Source: Octopus bimaculoides | Lineage: Eukaryota | DNA: 64,000 bases | Assembly (NCBI RefSeq): GCF_001194135.2 | Contig: NC_068989.1 | Span: 48,556,041-48,620,040, forward strand | Direction: 5' to 3' | In this document: piece after piece, positions 25,834 through 41,208 of the stretch | Position numbering within the stretch: position 1 is the stretch's first letter | Layout: every line of letters starts with the position of its first letter | Notes under the pieces: generated by a model | Seen by the model: only the letters and a program-made list of their open reading frames with translations | What the model was told of the DNA's origin: nothing | Databases searched by the model: none | Translations under genes and position numbers: made by a program

Positions 25834-28800
25834 GATTTATGTTCACAGACACACATATGTATATATCATCATCATAATTATTTAGCATCTATTTTCCTTG
25901 ATGGCATGGGTTAGATGGTTTGATTGGTACTCGTAACATTAGGGTCCATTCTGTTTTGGCTTGGTTTCTATGACTGGATGCCCTTCCTAACACCAACTGG
26001 GTGTCTTTTACATATATGTATGTAGTTATTTAATTTTATTTCAAGATTTCTTAACAATGATGCAGGAGTGGCTGTGTGGTAAGTAGCTTGCTTACCAACC
26101 ACATGGGCAAGTGTCTTCTACTATAACCTCGGGCCGACCAAAGCCTTGTGAGTGGATTTGGTAGATGGAAACTGAAAGAAGCCCGTTGTATACATATATA
26201 TATATGTGTGTGTGTGTGTATGTTAGTGTCTGTGTTTGTCCCCCCACCATCGCTTGACAACTGATGCTGCTATGTATAAGTTCCTGTAACTTAGCAGTTC
26301 AGCAAAAGAAACTGATAGAATAAGTACTAGGCTTACAAAGAATAAGTCATGGGGTCGATTTGTTTGACTAAAGGCACTGCTCCAGCATGGCCACAGTCAA
26401 ATGACTGAAACAAATAAAAGAGTAATGGAGAAAGAGCTGGTTTCTAACCTAGATCCAAAATTCCTTCATTGAAATTTCAACATCAACAGCATAGTTGTAC
26501 ATTTATGCATGTATATATACAAATATTTAGAGTCAGTTCATGTGCAGATCTGGATGCTTTGTTTTGTAAGTGTATACTCATTCAGACAGTCACATGATAA
26601 ACTTGTAAAAAGTTTTACATATTTTGACAGTTCCACTGATTGCTTGTATGTGTAGTTTTCTAATTCCTCCCTAGTTTTGAGAACTCTAAGCTTGTCAGGA
26701 TTGGTGGTGAGTCAGTTTCTTACATATCCTAAAGCCTCAATACTTACTGGTATAAATCTGAACTTGTAATCCAGGTAAAGTAGCCCTATATTTCTCAATA
26801 GTTCAGCGTAGGTGTTTTTGTTTTACTGATCTTTAGCTTTATGTTGACGTCTGCTGGGTAGCTGATTTTCACTACTGTACATAGTTTCTCTTCCCCTCCC
26901 CCAAATCACCATGTCTAGTCTACTATGTTTGCATTTTATTGAGGTTTACAGAGGGACATTCTACTAGTAATCTTTCATGTTATGAATGGTTATGGTCTCT
27001 ACTATACTTTATTTCGTATATCTTTGGGTTGAGAGTTATCCTTCTGAGGGATCTCATAGTACAGTGTCTTGACACAACATCATGTCCCATTGGTAGTTAA
27101 TAATGCAAAGCTTCTTTCAGTTTCTGTCTACCAAATCCACTCACGAGGCTTTGGACAAGCTGGGGCAATAAAAGAAGACACTTGCCCAAGGTACCATGCA
27201 GTGGGGCTGAACTCAAGATCACATAGTTGGGAAGCATACTTCTTAACCACATAGCCATGCCATGCGGAGTTCAGAGGTGAGAGAATAAACTAGACTCTAT
27301 ATGTTTTATATAATTTTCTAAGCTTTGTTTTTCAGAACCTCTGTATTCTTACAACACATAACTAAACTTTTGTACTCTAAGGATATGTATTACTTTGTAT
27401 AGACATTGCAAAACTCATCTATGTTTAACCCTCTACCTGATGGGTTGCAGTCAGCAGTAGTTTTCTTGGTGAACATTTGAAGTTTTCCCTATATAAATAC
27501 AGTTTCTTTTAGCTTTAAAGTGTAGGAGAGAAAAAAGACAACTAATATAGTCATTTAATATGAAGGTTTTTTTAAAAATCAATCTATTACAGTCCAAATG
27601 ACATTTATGGTCTTGATTTGAGGGAACATTGAAAGTATCTCCAATTTTATCTTTTCTCAAATCAGCTTCATCTTTGTTTTTGCTTTAGCACACAAGATAA
27701 ATATCTTAATCTTTTAATATCCATTACTTAGAATTGAATTTCATATCAGTGTTTTTCTTGGCCTTGCTTTGGGTAAAACTTCTAATTGAAAAGCAAAACA
27801 AAACAAGTTTACTAATTAATTGGATTTAAGGAGCCTTAATCTAAAAGATAATTTCATATCGTGTAAAATAAATTAAGAAAATCATAAGTGACTTAGTCTC
27901 AGTTGGCATAATTTCAGCCTGAATTTTGTGGTTAATGGTTCTATATTATCACTAGTTCTTCCCTTCCCCCACCCCAACTACATGACTCCTTTGTGGAAGT
28001 GTAGGGTAGTCAGCCACAATCTTCAATGATTATAGATGCTTGAAACTTTCCAACAACAGTCAGCAGACTTTTCATGGTGTAAGTAGGGATATCACACATT
28101 TGTGGAAATGAAATACAGCCACTTCCAGAGCTTCAGGCACAGAAGAGGTGTAATAATAGGTGGGAGCAGTGTGATTCTCTGGTTCCTTGTAGAGATGCAT
28201 CCTCTGTTGAGGTGCTGCATGGTCAAAGACATTGTCTTCTTTGATCATCAATGGACAAACATGATAACATGAGGCACCTTCTGTTTCCTTCTTCATTTCA
28301 TTTTCTCTTTGTTTTATTTTTTTATTTACTGTTTAGCAGTAGCTAGGTCATCACTGAGACAACCTCAGTTGTCTTGATACAAAACATTGTTTATTAATTT
28401 TCTAGTTTTATTCACCCAATCATGTGACATTTTCCAAATCCCACATTGTTTATCTTTTAGCTTATTTAAACTATTCATCCAATCATGTGTGACACTTTAT
28501 TGACTCTATCAGGTGACATTTTTTATGGAGTTATTATTTTCCACCAATCAAGACTTATTTTTATTACAGTCTAATTCATTTACATTGTGGACAATTGGAA
28601 TTACAGTTTACTATTTTACATCTAATTTTAGAATTATTACAATACATCTTTGTTCATTAATAAGTCTTTATCTGAGTACAATATCATTATTCATTCCTAC
28701 ATGATAACAATCATCAAATATGACAGATAGAGTATCATTATCATCAACACTGTGCTATATTTTTGCAAAAGATGATCAACTCATCTTGAATTATATTAAT

Positions 28801-30144
28801 GAACATGCACTGGTCAATAGTATTTCATAGACAGAGGCTCTGTTCTGGCAGTTGGGTAGTCCCAGTGTTACTTAGATAAACATATCACATGGAGATATTC
28901 TCACTAGGAAAGCATTGATTTGAGCATGAAGTCACTACACCCTCTGGTCCATAGATGGGCAGTCTCCTCTCTTTGCCATTTCAACAGTCTGCACCTCAGA
29001 ACTAGCAAGTTCCATACTCAGCTACTCCCAATTTAATCATCTCTCCTTCTCTTGCCAACCCACATTATGTATACACTCCAGACCCATACTGAGGATGACC
29101 ATGACATAATTGAACAACCAAGCAGGATTCACAGTATGGGTTGTACTATTCATCCATTCAATTGCTGAATACAAAACATGGCTCATGAAACCTCCATTTG
29201 GGTGATTTTCTTGAGTCATCATTTCACCATTGTATGCCAATCCATCACAAGATCACCCATTTACAGCTAAGTGGACTGCAGCAATGTGAAATGAAGTGTT
29301 TTGCTCAAGAACACAGTGCACAGCTGGTCTTGGAATTGAAACTATGACCTTGCAATAGCGAGTGCAACATCCTAACTACTAAGCCATGTGCCTTCACTTA
29401 TGCCTCATACAAATCTTTCTGCCCAGTCTTTCCTCACTAGAATGTTATCCCCTTGGAATTCCTTTTCAGCATATATTTTTCCTGCAGCTGCCATTAGCTT
29501 GCAAGAGGAATGTTAACTGTACTGGTTTCACCAGTCTGTCTCAGAAGGCTTGGATGCAGCCTCTTCCTCTAGATTCTCTAAAACAAACAAACAGAAAAAA
29601 AAAAACGCATTGTCATCCCCATTTTTATTGAATGGCATATTGTCCAAAAACCTCAGTCTCAAAACCTGTGGTCTTCAAGGCATCATTTCTAAAACAGTAG
29701 GAGAGATTGCTGACAAATATTTCATTCTAGCATAGAGCAGATTGTGTCTTAGTAGAAGTTCATTTGCTGGGTTGTAAGTATTGAATAATTTAAAAGTGTG
29801 AGTCATAAACCCCTTTTATAAATCACCAGAGAAGAGATGGAGCAAGAATTAGAATTGTACATGGGTAGAGTTAAGTACAGAAAGGCACTCAGTAAGTTAA
29901 GTCAGAGATATAGATTTTGATTCTTAGTTGTAATTATTTCCTTGTTAAAGGTATTGTGGCTCCTATTTCTTATATTCAAGCTTTAAATAATCCTACCAGG
30001 ATTAAGTTCTATTAAAATATTAGAAGGCAACTAGAAACCACTTCTGTGTCTTATCCCAAAAGACATTAAAACAACATAGTCGTAATGTTGAGGAATGGAG
30101 AAAGAGAGAAAGGAAGAGGAGGAGGAGGAGATAGATAGATAGAT

Positions 30145-30178
<34 letters not shown>

Positions 30179-31899
30179 AGAGGGAGAGAGAGAAATGGTT
30201 GAAATTGGTATGAGCATAAATAATATATTTCTTGAAGAAATAAATATCTTTCAGTTTGTTTATCTACCATGAGCAAATGAAGTATCACTTCAAATTAACT
30301 AGAAGCTGTTTAACAATTGCTTGCTTTTTAGTTTTTTTTGGTTGGGGGGGGGGGGTGCATAGTATAAATACTATATAGAGCATGTGAGATATTAAAAGAG
30401 GAAAAAAGGGCCTGCTTTATGACAGTTAGTTTGTTGCTTCAATTTTCTGTTTACATTTTTGCCTGAGAGTCATATGTGCTTTCCAGCACCTATGGGCTAA
30501 ATAAAACAAGTGCCAGTTAAATACTGGGCTTCACTGCCTTGATAAGAAACCATTTCTGTGAGTAACAGAGATCTCTGTTTACAAAACCAAATCAGCCTCA
30601 TCTTATATAAGCCATGACATATGTAAAACAACTACAATGACAGTAGCAATTAAAACATGTTTGTACCTCATAAGTTCTTCAGCATCAGAGTAACTGACAG
30701 AATGTACAGGAATCTTCGGGTAACTCTTGCTAAAATCTGGTATTTCATGGATATGATCTGAAAACAGAGGAAAGTTAGTGAAAATAATGGAATAAGTAAA
30801 TTTCTTAAAGACTGACAAAATATTAGAGTAAAGAATATGTGTTGTGCATTTCTTTGTTAGAAGAAGAAAAAAAATATTATCAATGCGAGTGAAGCAATAC
30901 AAATTTCAAAATGAGAGCAGATTAGGGAAATCACTATAGCGGGACTTGAGATATGTCAAACATTCACAATAAGGATGAAATTTAAATGAGATGTCTGTAA
31001 TAACAACAAAAGCAATAATGATGATGGAAATTTTTAAAGTGCTTTACTGTACTTTTACAGTTTACATGGAAGATCAGCTTTTATGTAAAAATATACAGTA
31101 TAAATGTGTGTGTGGGTGGGCTTGTTGCCCCCATGATTGTGCTGAAGACTATTATATAACAGATATTATAGCTATTGTTAATAAAACATATGTAAGATTG
31201 TAATGTGTTGAATAAATGTAAAAAAATTATATCCAGGCTTTATATANNNNNNNNNNNNNNNNNNNNNNNNNNNNNNNATATATATATATATATATATATA
31301 CATATGTATATGTGTGTTAAGTAATTTTCTTGTTGATGGATACTGCAGTCTCTTGCAGTGCAGTTTCACATGGAGGCAGAGTTAGCAATTACAAGCGGAC
31401 ACAACAAAGAGTAAAGTGGAAGCTGGTACAAGAGAACCTCATCTTTTCTAGTGTTATGATAAAGTATGTCCTTTAAACTTGTGAAGGGATGGATGATTGA
31501 GTGGGGGACATTTTAGGGTCAGAAGAACCTTTAGTCTTGTCAAGAATTTAAGATGACAACCTCTTTAATATGCATCTAGTACATTCTGTGAAGTGGTTGA
31601 TAGTGTGAAGTATGAAGGGCAACCAGTCACAGAAACCATTCTAAAGTGAAAATGGAGAATGAGTGAGATATGTCACCTGGCCATGTCTAGGAAAGTAGTA
31701 ACCCCCGCACAAGAACTGACTCAAACCATGTCCTATTCAACTCATGCCACCAGAATGAAAAGCAGATGTAATATGATGATAACAGCAAAAGTATTGTACA
31801 TGCTGTCAAGTCATACTTGCTTGTGAATGACAAGTGTGGTGTGTGTGTGTGTGTATACATATATACATGCATACATACATACACACCAACTTTACTTTG

Positions 31900-31944
<45 letters not shown>

Positions 31945-32351
31945 TATACATGCACACATGGGGAGATAGAGAAAAATAGGACTAACACATATGTATTATG
32001 TTCTAAAGCTTACTTATTTAATGGAATTCAATTTAATGGAAATCCCAAACCAACCTTCCCAAAGTGTCTTTTATCTGAAGGAAGATGAAATGTGACACTA
32101 AATGACAGAGAAAACAGTTAATGTCAACAGAAAGAAGGACAAAACAACAAAAATAGAAGCTTTCAATCAACGACATGTAGATACTATAGTGAGTGTAATT
32201 GAAAACACACATTCCATTAAACACATACCTGTACTATCAGATCAATACATACCTATACTATCATACATATCTACTCTGAGACATGCATATGCAGATGCAT
32301 TTGGTATAAGACATATACTTTCACATATTAGTGAATATACATACGAGCACG

Positions 32352-32410
<59 letters not shown>

Positions 32411-35400
32411 CAGTTAAGAATACCAAACTCATCTGATTTTACTGATAAACATGTAGATGTTGTTTGGCCACTGATGGCAGGGCTGATGAGAGGAGGATTA
32501 TAAAAAAAAAACATAAGGGGAACAAGAATGAGCAAAGTTTGTACCAAATTATGCTTCAATGAATTCTGCAAGGTTAAAAAAAATGCTTGCTACCATGGAG
32601 ATGCAACAACAGAAAAAAATAAAAGAAATCAGTTGAAAACTACAAGCAAAGCATAAAATAAAAATGTATACCCTTTGAGAAAGCTAGTGATTAGTGTAGC
32701 AACAAATATTTTTGGGGGACATAAACAAACATCAAAAGCCTTGGGAAAAGAAAGAAGACAAGTGAAATATATTTTAAGACAAATACAGTTAGTGCATTTA
32801 TAGGCTTTATTAATTATGATTCCTCGTAAACATATATATTAAAAAATGAACAACTAAAAAGTAAGAAGTCTAAACTGATTTCTAATAATCTACAGAGAAA
32901 TGAAAGTGGTTTTAATAAATGTTGTGGGTGTCAGAGAGGGAGCAGGGGACACAGAGTGGTTAACAGGAGCTGACAAAGTAGGAAATGCTTATTGTTCAAA
33001 GTAAACAATTGTTTCCTTTCTCTTTGTCTCTTGTCTTTCTCTGGGATTTGTTAAGAACCAAGTTTTCTTCATTTTCTATGTAACAACAGCAACATCAGTC
33101 TATTTTCCCTATTCAAGTTCTTTAAAGACTTTAGCCCTTCCTTTGATCACAATAGTCTAATATAATTTGTTACTTTGATAGACAACTACTTCCTTTTCCA
33201 CCTCTTATTTCATCTCATCATCAAAGAAGCCAACTGTACATCTTTTCTTCTCTTGTGAATATCTTCTTCATTTTCCTCTCACAACCCCAAACAGTCCTCA
33301 GAAGTCTATCTAAAGTCCCCACCACACACCTCACCCAATACTAAGAGTACCCACTAACAGTTAATACAAATAGTTTATCCTGCAATTGTTTTGAAGTCTC
33401 GACAGGTTATTTTACCAAAGACCCTACATGGTTTTAAAATATTTATCTTGTTACCTTATTTTTAATTCTTTTTTTCAGCTATTGGACTGTGGCCATGCTG
33501 GATCACTATCTTGAAGGGTTTAGTTGAACAAATTGATCCCAGTACTTTTTTAAAGTCTGGTATTTATTCTATCAGTCTCTTTTGCCAAACTGTTAGGTTA
33601 TGGAAATGTAAACAAACCAACCCTGCTTGTCAAATGATGGTGGGGGGACAAACACACATACACACACAACAAGCTTCTTTCAGTTTCTCTCTATCTTATC
33701 TACTCACAAGCCTTTGGCTGACCTGGGGCTATAGTAGAAGACACTTGCCCAATGTGCCACATAGTGGGACTGAACCTGGAACCATGTGGTTGGAAAGCAA
33801 GCTTTTTACTACACAGCTGTGTTTCGCTGAAAATTTTTCAAAAGAAAAACAAGGCAGAGAGAAATAATGGTATTTAACATAGGAACATGGAAATTGAATT
33901 TTTTTCTTTTTAAGGTGGGGGGTGGGGGAAATATAGTCCATGAGATCTACCCTAGTTGATGACTGGTACTTATCTTCATTAACTTATAGAAACATGAAAG
34001 CAATGATGATGATGATAAGGTAAAAGTTCAGAATGTAAAAAGCACACAACTAAAGTGGCAAAGCGTTTGCTGAGATAGCAATTATGACAAATAAAAATAA
34101 AACAAAAAAAAAAAAGCTTACCTAAAGCTGCATAATCTGGTGTCTGGGGATCCCCACTGAGAGTATAGCGAACATGAGATATTTTGACAGCCCAGGGTGG
34201 TAGCCACCAAGATGACGGATACACACTTGACTGTTTGGAAGCATAGTCAAATGGGTCCCCATACAAGATTGCCCCTATGGCACCAAAATTCTCCGCATGT
34301 TTCACCTGAAAATTAAAAGGAGAAATAAGATAAGGAAACTGCAATAAATAGTTAAAAGAAAAAAATTCCAAGAGAAATGGTTGTATTTTAGTTCAAACAT
34401 AGAGACATAACGTTGACAAGATAGCTGTTGTGAATAAATCCATGTAACTCACTTGAAAGAGTTTTTCTTTTTGGGTTTTGAATAAGAAAACAACAAAACA
34501 GAACAGTAGAAATAGTAAAACAATCCCCACCAGCAATGGCAGAATTTAATTTACATTTGAAAACATTTTCAAAGAGGTGCTTATAAAAGAATTGTTAGTA
34601 TGGCACCAGATATCTCCATGCTTGCTTAAATATGTGTTTGTGTGTGTATCTATGTATATGTACATGTGTGTGTGTGTATTCCTCCAAATTCAATACAACT
34701 AAACACTACTGATTGTTTTAAATCTGTATGACTATTTGAGGGAAATGGGAACTAAAATAAAAATGATGTTAGGCTATTAACTAATATGGTACAAATTTAC
34801 AAGAAAAATTTTACTGTCACTCTGGGCTTTATAGTTAAAGAGTACACGCCTTCAGTTTACAAAAATGTCAGAAACAGGTACCACAACTTCTGGGAAAGAA
34901 GATATAAGTTAAAAAAAAAACAAAACAAAAAAAAACATGTCTTTGCCAAGAAGAGTTGTCTTTAATCTACTTAACACTAAAGAAATTGGAATTAACTATT
35001 GGTCCTATGGATCTAAAATCTCTAGGATAAGGCTGCTTTTTGTTGTATTTGATATTTTTTTAAACAATGTCAATTGGCTTAACATACACATTTGTTGCAA
35101 TGGGAAGAAAATGCTTGTTGTATTTCCTCTGACAAGAGAAATAAAAAAAAATAATAAATGAAAGAAACAACATTTTAACACATTAACATTCATATAAAAA
35201 CTATGTTGAATTCTATTTTCTGATAATGAAAATAGAATTCAATGCAGTCACATGTGTATTTCCTCCCATTAACAAGATTAATTTATTTTATTAATACACT
35301 GGTTTGAGTGTTATTGCAGTTGTTATTGGATAGTTCTACCACCGCTGGTACACATACACTGTAAAGGAAATCTATAACATGAGTGCAACCAATCAGAAGA

Positions 35401-36845
35401 GGCATTCAATCACTAGTTCAACCATCAATACTTTAACCCAACCCCTATTGCCAACACCATTTCCCTACCTATCATGTCCCTACATTTAATCTATCGCTCT
35501 CTGATGTAGTCCCTCTTTACTAAGGGGTTATGCTTCTTACTTCTCTTAACATCTGTTGAGCATTTTCATACCTCAATTGATTATGCTGTTTGTATGATGC
35601 AATAAGCTTCATGTCTTTTTCCATCACAGACCTCCTGGGCCTAACAACTCTAGCTGCTTCACTGACCTTCACTACTGCCCTTTCCATTATTCCACAATAC
35701 TTTACTATTTCAGACACAGCCAACTAACAAAGGTAGTGGTGTGATGGTGTAGCAGTTTGAACTGTAAAAATTTGAAGCACTTCAGCAACTTCTCAAACCC
35801 CTACTTTCTACAAGCTATCTTTCCTTATTCCCTGCAACCAATAATTCTTGTTCACCACCCTCTACTATCTCATCTCCTCCTCCCACCTTCCTTCCACAGT
35901 CATCAACCTTAACGTCAGAACACCATGTGCCTCCACTTCCTTTTCAAGATTCACAAAGCCACCTCATAATTACCACCTGTCCCAGAGAATTAATCCCCTA
36001 ATACTTGGACCAGCTCTTTTCACCCATAGTTATAGCTCCCTCATTGCATAACTATGATGCCAGCCGTAGCATTACCTTTCTAAATCCTTTATGGTTGTTA
36101 CATTGATGACTGTATTGTATCCCCTCTCTTACTTATGCATAGCTCAATTCCTGCATCGCTTTTGTCAACTTTCCCCTGCCTTAGATTTCACATCCATCAT
36201 CTCCACAATTTCTGATAACTTGATGGACATCTTTGTCTTTACTGACCACCACAATACCCCCATCATTATCATTTACATGTCCATTGACTCCTACTCCTAT
36301 CTTTATTTCACTTAATCCTATCTCTCTAATACCAAATCTGCTATCCCCTACTTACTATTCTTTCACATCTACAACTTTTGTAACCATGGCTATGACTGAT
36401 ACAAAATTGAATTCAAACATCCACTATTTCATTACACCCACTCACCTTATCCAGTCCCTACCCTGTCACATCTTCACCATCTCATCTCTCCAACTGAAGT
36501 AGCCATGTATCTTTTCCACTGCAAGACACCTATTTCTGTCACTGTATTCATACTCTAACTTCTCATCACCTGACACTAAACCACCCGCCTCAATACTACT
36601 CTCCTCTCTGTTGAAGAGTCTTGTCTTGCAAGTTACTTGATGATCTCACTGCAGCTGTACCACATAAGAAACAACCAGTAACCGCTGTAAAGTGGTTGAC
36701 ATTAGGAAGGGAATCCAGCTATAGAAACCATGCTAAAGCAGGTAGTTTAGCTTGGCACAATCTTCTAACATGTCAGCTCCTGTCAAACCATCTGACCCAT
36801 GCCAGCTTCGAAAGAGGTCATTAAAATGATGATGATGATGATGAT

Positions 36846-36896
<51 letters not shown>

Positions 36897-38752
36897 AATT
36901 AGATGGGGAGGATAGAAATAAGTTGTAGATTGTAGATTCATTTAGTTTTTGGTTGTAAGTGTAATACAAGAAAGTTCAGTGTAATTTTGGCTAAAGTTAT
37001 TGCAATGATGAAAGAGTCCAGTTAGAGTTGAGAGTAAATCATGGTTATATCCATTACATGGTTATTATTTTCCCTTTCCTTTACAACTGAGAAATATTAA
37101 AAACATCTCTGACAAAAAAAAAGAAGAAAAAAAACATTATTAATAAATTTAACAAAAACAAAATAACTCAGATTCATTGTAATATTTGATATTTCCTTCC
37201 TTTACCTCATCTATCACACTGACATGAGCTGAATGAAAATATTTCCTTCATTGTTGTGGGGTATATGCTAAATATCAAAAATGAGGATTGCCAATATTTC
37301 TTCTAAGCAGAGTTCTTTGAAGAAATTGTTAAAAAATATTGTGCCGCACTTCTATTGTTTTTACTTTGTCTGATAAGAAGTGAAATGGTTGAGTGATATG
37401 ATTCTAGATTACAAATTCGTAGGTCACAAGTTTAAAATTACTGCAGCCATTTCTTTGTGTTGCTGGGCAGGAATGGTATGCAAGGACCAAACAGATGATT
37501 TGAGCCTAGTAACTTCCCCTTTTGTCATTCACCAGCAATTTTAACAACTCCAGTGAACAGAGAATGCCACCATCTCTTTATGTCCATAAAAAAGAAGAGG
37601 AGGAAGAAAAAAAATTATAATTATTTTAAAGATGCAGTACCTGCAGAGTTAAAATGAAATATTGGTCGAAAAATCATGAGTTCAAATTTTTCTACAGGCA
37701 TTGTGTTGTGACTTTAATTAAAATAGACTACTGTACTTGCCACAAGCTATCTAGTGAGTTGGTAGATTAGGTAAGCTATCTTGCAGAAAATTTTTTTTAC
37801 CTCTAACTGTAGTATTTAAATACACCCCCTACACTTTCTACATATTCTGCTGCTGACAAATGAATGGAAGAGAGTAATAAAATGTATTCTTGTGTAACAG
37901 AATTCAATTTTGGCATTGTAATCCATCGAATTATATCTTAATTTCCAGTTAGATCAATATTCTACCATTATGTTATTACACACTCTCTCTCTCTCTCTCT
38001 TTCTTATAACTTGACATTTTGTTGCCAGGTAGATGGGAAATGGGTGTGGTTAGAATATTGCCCATGGCACAGAACATAAGATATAAGGGGATACAAACTC
38101 CTGGCTTTCTAACTCTGAGAGTTGGTGCTTTATCCTCTCTGCAACGTCTCACAATTACCATAAAGCATTTTGATAGAAACAGTAACACAAAGCACTTAAT
38201 TTGACCTTTCTTATTTATAGACTACTTAATTGAAATCAAGATTCAATGCACATACATCTTGCTTCACACAAACACAGGCAAACATAGATACAAAATGTTT
38301 CGCACATAAATAGAGACAGACACACACAGAATGGTGCAACACATTGAAAAGCTTTTAGTATGGATGATGGGAAAAACAAAAATAAAAAGACAAGAATGAG
38401 ATTAGTATATCACTGAAAATATCTTGATGAGCAATTCTGTTTGTCTGAAAAGGTGTCTAGTTCAAACAGTAAGCTATATTTGTATTCATTAATGAAGTTT
38501 TGAAACACAATCTCCTTCTCAAATATTGGTTTGAGTTAAATTGATTTAAAGCTATTCTTTTTATTGGAATATACAGTCATATTTAGAAGAAATTTATTTT
38601 GAAATGCTGTCTATTCATACACACATGATCACATACTGCATATTAAATACAAATACACATACACACCTACATGAATGAGGACACATGCATACATCAACAC
38701 AATATAAATTATACATGAATGAATTAAATTAAAGTTGACATTTTTGTAAACA

Positions 38753-38798
<46 letters not shown>

Positions 38799-39525
38799 CT
38801 CTCATGGTGACTGCTGTATAAAACTTCTAATGAGATTTAGAATACTCCAAACCTATAGTAAAGTTGACATTAATATTTATTAGTAATTTACAATTCTACA
38901 ATATGTTGATGAATCCTCTGTCAGTTTTGATAATAAGCATTCAACTGAACTACATGCATATCAAATTAACATATAAGTGGCTGCATATTCCACAGGTACA
39001 TGTACTGTGAGCATAGTACTAAGGTCTAGTCAGTGTAGCAAAATATATTTATATCTCATAAATAATGTGTTTTTTTATACTTCTTTTATTTTTCAAAATT
39101 AAGATAAACAAAGTTCTTTTTAATTTAAAATATACTCCCCTTCATTTTCTATATTGTTCCGCCATCTTTCTGGTAGACTTGCAAGGCCCCTCTTCCAAAT
39201 TTCACTTGTCTGTGATGAAAAATACCCCCCAGTACTGTTCTGATTTCGTCTACACAATTCTTATTTTTTCCATCCAAATGATTTTGAAGACTATGGAATA
39301 AATGATAATCAAAAGAAGCAATATCTGACGAATATGGTGGGTGGGGCATTGTTTCCCATTCAAACTACTTCAGACTTTAGAATGTCATCCTCACTGTATG
39401 TGGTTGAGCATTATCCTAATGGAGAAACACCTTTCTTCATGAAACCAAAGATGGTAATTTTTCTTCTAGTGCTGACTTGAATGACCAAATCCAAGTTTCT
39501 CTGCTAGTTCCTCAACAGTTGTTAC

Positions 39526-39579
<54 letters not shown>

Positions 39580-39720
39580 AGCCTNNNNNNNNNNNNNNNN
39601 NNNNNNNNNNNNNNNNNNNNNNNNNNNNNNNNNNNNNNNNNNNNNNNNNNNNNNNNNNNNNNNNNNNNNNNNNNNNNNNNNNNNNNNNNNNNNNNNNNNN
39701 NNNNNNNNNNCAGTTGTTAC

Positions 39721-39774
<54 letters not shown>

Positions 39775-41174
39775 AGCCTAGTGGTTAGGGTGTTGCACTC
39801 ATGATCATGAGATCGTGATTTCAATTCCCAGACCAGATGTGTTCTTGGGCAAAACACTTCATCTCACATTGCTCTGCAATCACTTCAACACCTGATGTGT
39901 AGTACATCATGAGCCTGTTTAGGCAATGTCAATTTGATGGAGAGGGAGAGCTTATGTAGGGCACATACATTTGATCACTATAAGCAAATCATTTGTGCTT
40001 GTCATTTGGCAAAAGCTGAACTCACACATCATCTTCAACAGGAGAGTCCGTCTGTCCGTCCATCCGTCCATCATCATCATCATCGTTTTTATTATTATAA
40101 TATGATAGTTGTAAACAAACATCACTGTCACACAAGCATGATATTTGTAATCTTCTGTAAAAAACATGCTCAGCCATTGAGTGTGCATGCATGTGTGTGT
40201 ATGCATGCATGTGTGTGTATGCATGCGTGTGCAGCTGTATGGTTAAGATGCTTACTTCCCAATCATGCGGGACATGCAAAGGGGTTAAATGTGCACTAAG
40301 TGTGAGACACATTAGTGTAAGAAGTATAATGTTACAGAGGCAGTGTTTAAATGATGGATTTGTCATATACAAAAGGAGAACAGATATCAGGCTTTCTTCT
40401 AAATAGGGGATAGATTAGGAACCTGAAGAAAGTGGTAATGACCTGTGACAGCAACAATTAATTTATAAGAGAATAGTAAAAGCTTTTGATAAATCATTTG
40501 TTGTGAATCTTTGTTCATCATGTCAAGTGAACATACTTAAGAGCTGCCGGAGAACATTTACTTGCAAAATGACTGGCATGAAAAAAATTGTTTCTTATGT
40601 GTTTATATTGAAAGTATGGACATTCAAGTTGATAGAATATGAAACAGCAGAACTTTAGTTGCTCAAGTGCCATCAACGATACTGGAATGTTTCTATGGTC
40701 GCAAAGCCTAACCCTCGATGGCTCAGGTGCTCGTGTCATTAGTAGACACCATAGGACTGTATATACTAGCATGCGCTGAAAAGTTCCTGGCTTAAGGGTA
40801 CCGTGAAAGGCCTGGTTGGAGGCCCAACTCACTGAGTTCTTTTACAAGGTTTAGAAAAACTGAAGAACAGCTGCAATAAGTGTGTGGATCTGAGAGGGGA
40901 ATATGTTGGATAAAATCTTAATTTACTGATCCTCCTGTATTTTCTTTAACCCAAAGCCAGGAACTTTTCAGCACCCCTTCATACATATAAAAGTTTATAT
41001 ATGAATACAGGAATGTTTGTGTGGTTAAGATGTCTGCTTCCCAACACAAGGTATTGAGTTTAGTCTCATTGTGTGACATCTTGGGCAAGTATCTCCGACT
41101 ATAGATTCAGACTATCAAATCCATTCACAAAGCCTTGAGTGGATTTGATAGGCAGAAAATTGAAAGAAGCCTAT

Positions 41175-41208
<34 letters not shown>

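Noticed and set aside
35520-35723. Minus ORF loosely resembling the post-zinc-knuckle region of a LINE ORF1
   Set aside because: No intact CCHC motif and no adjoining ORF2 evidence; too weak to call.
39516-39780. Duplicated cagttgttac(tat)n...acagcct flanking a gap; poly-Leu ORF 39477..39788
   Set aside because: Assembly artefact around a (TTA)n tract; the ORF is only the microsatellite.
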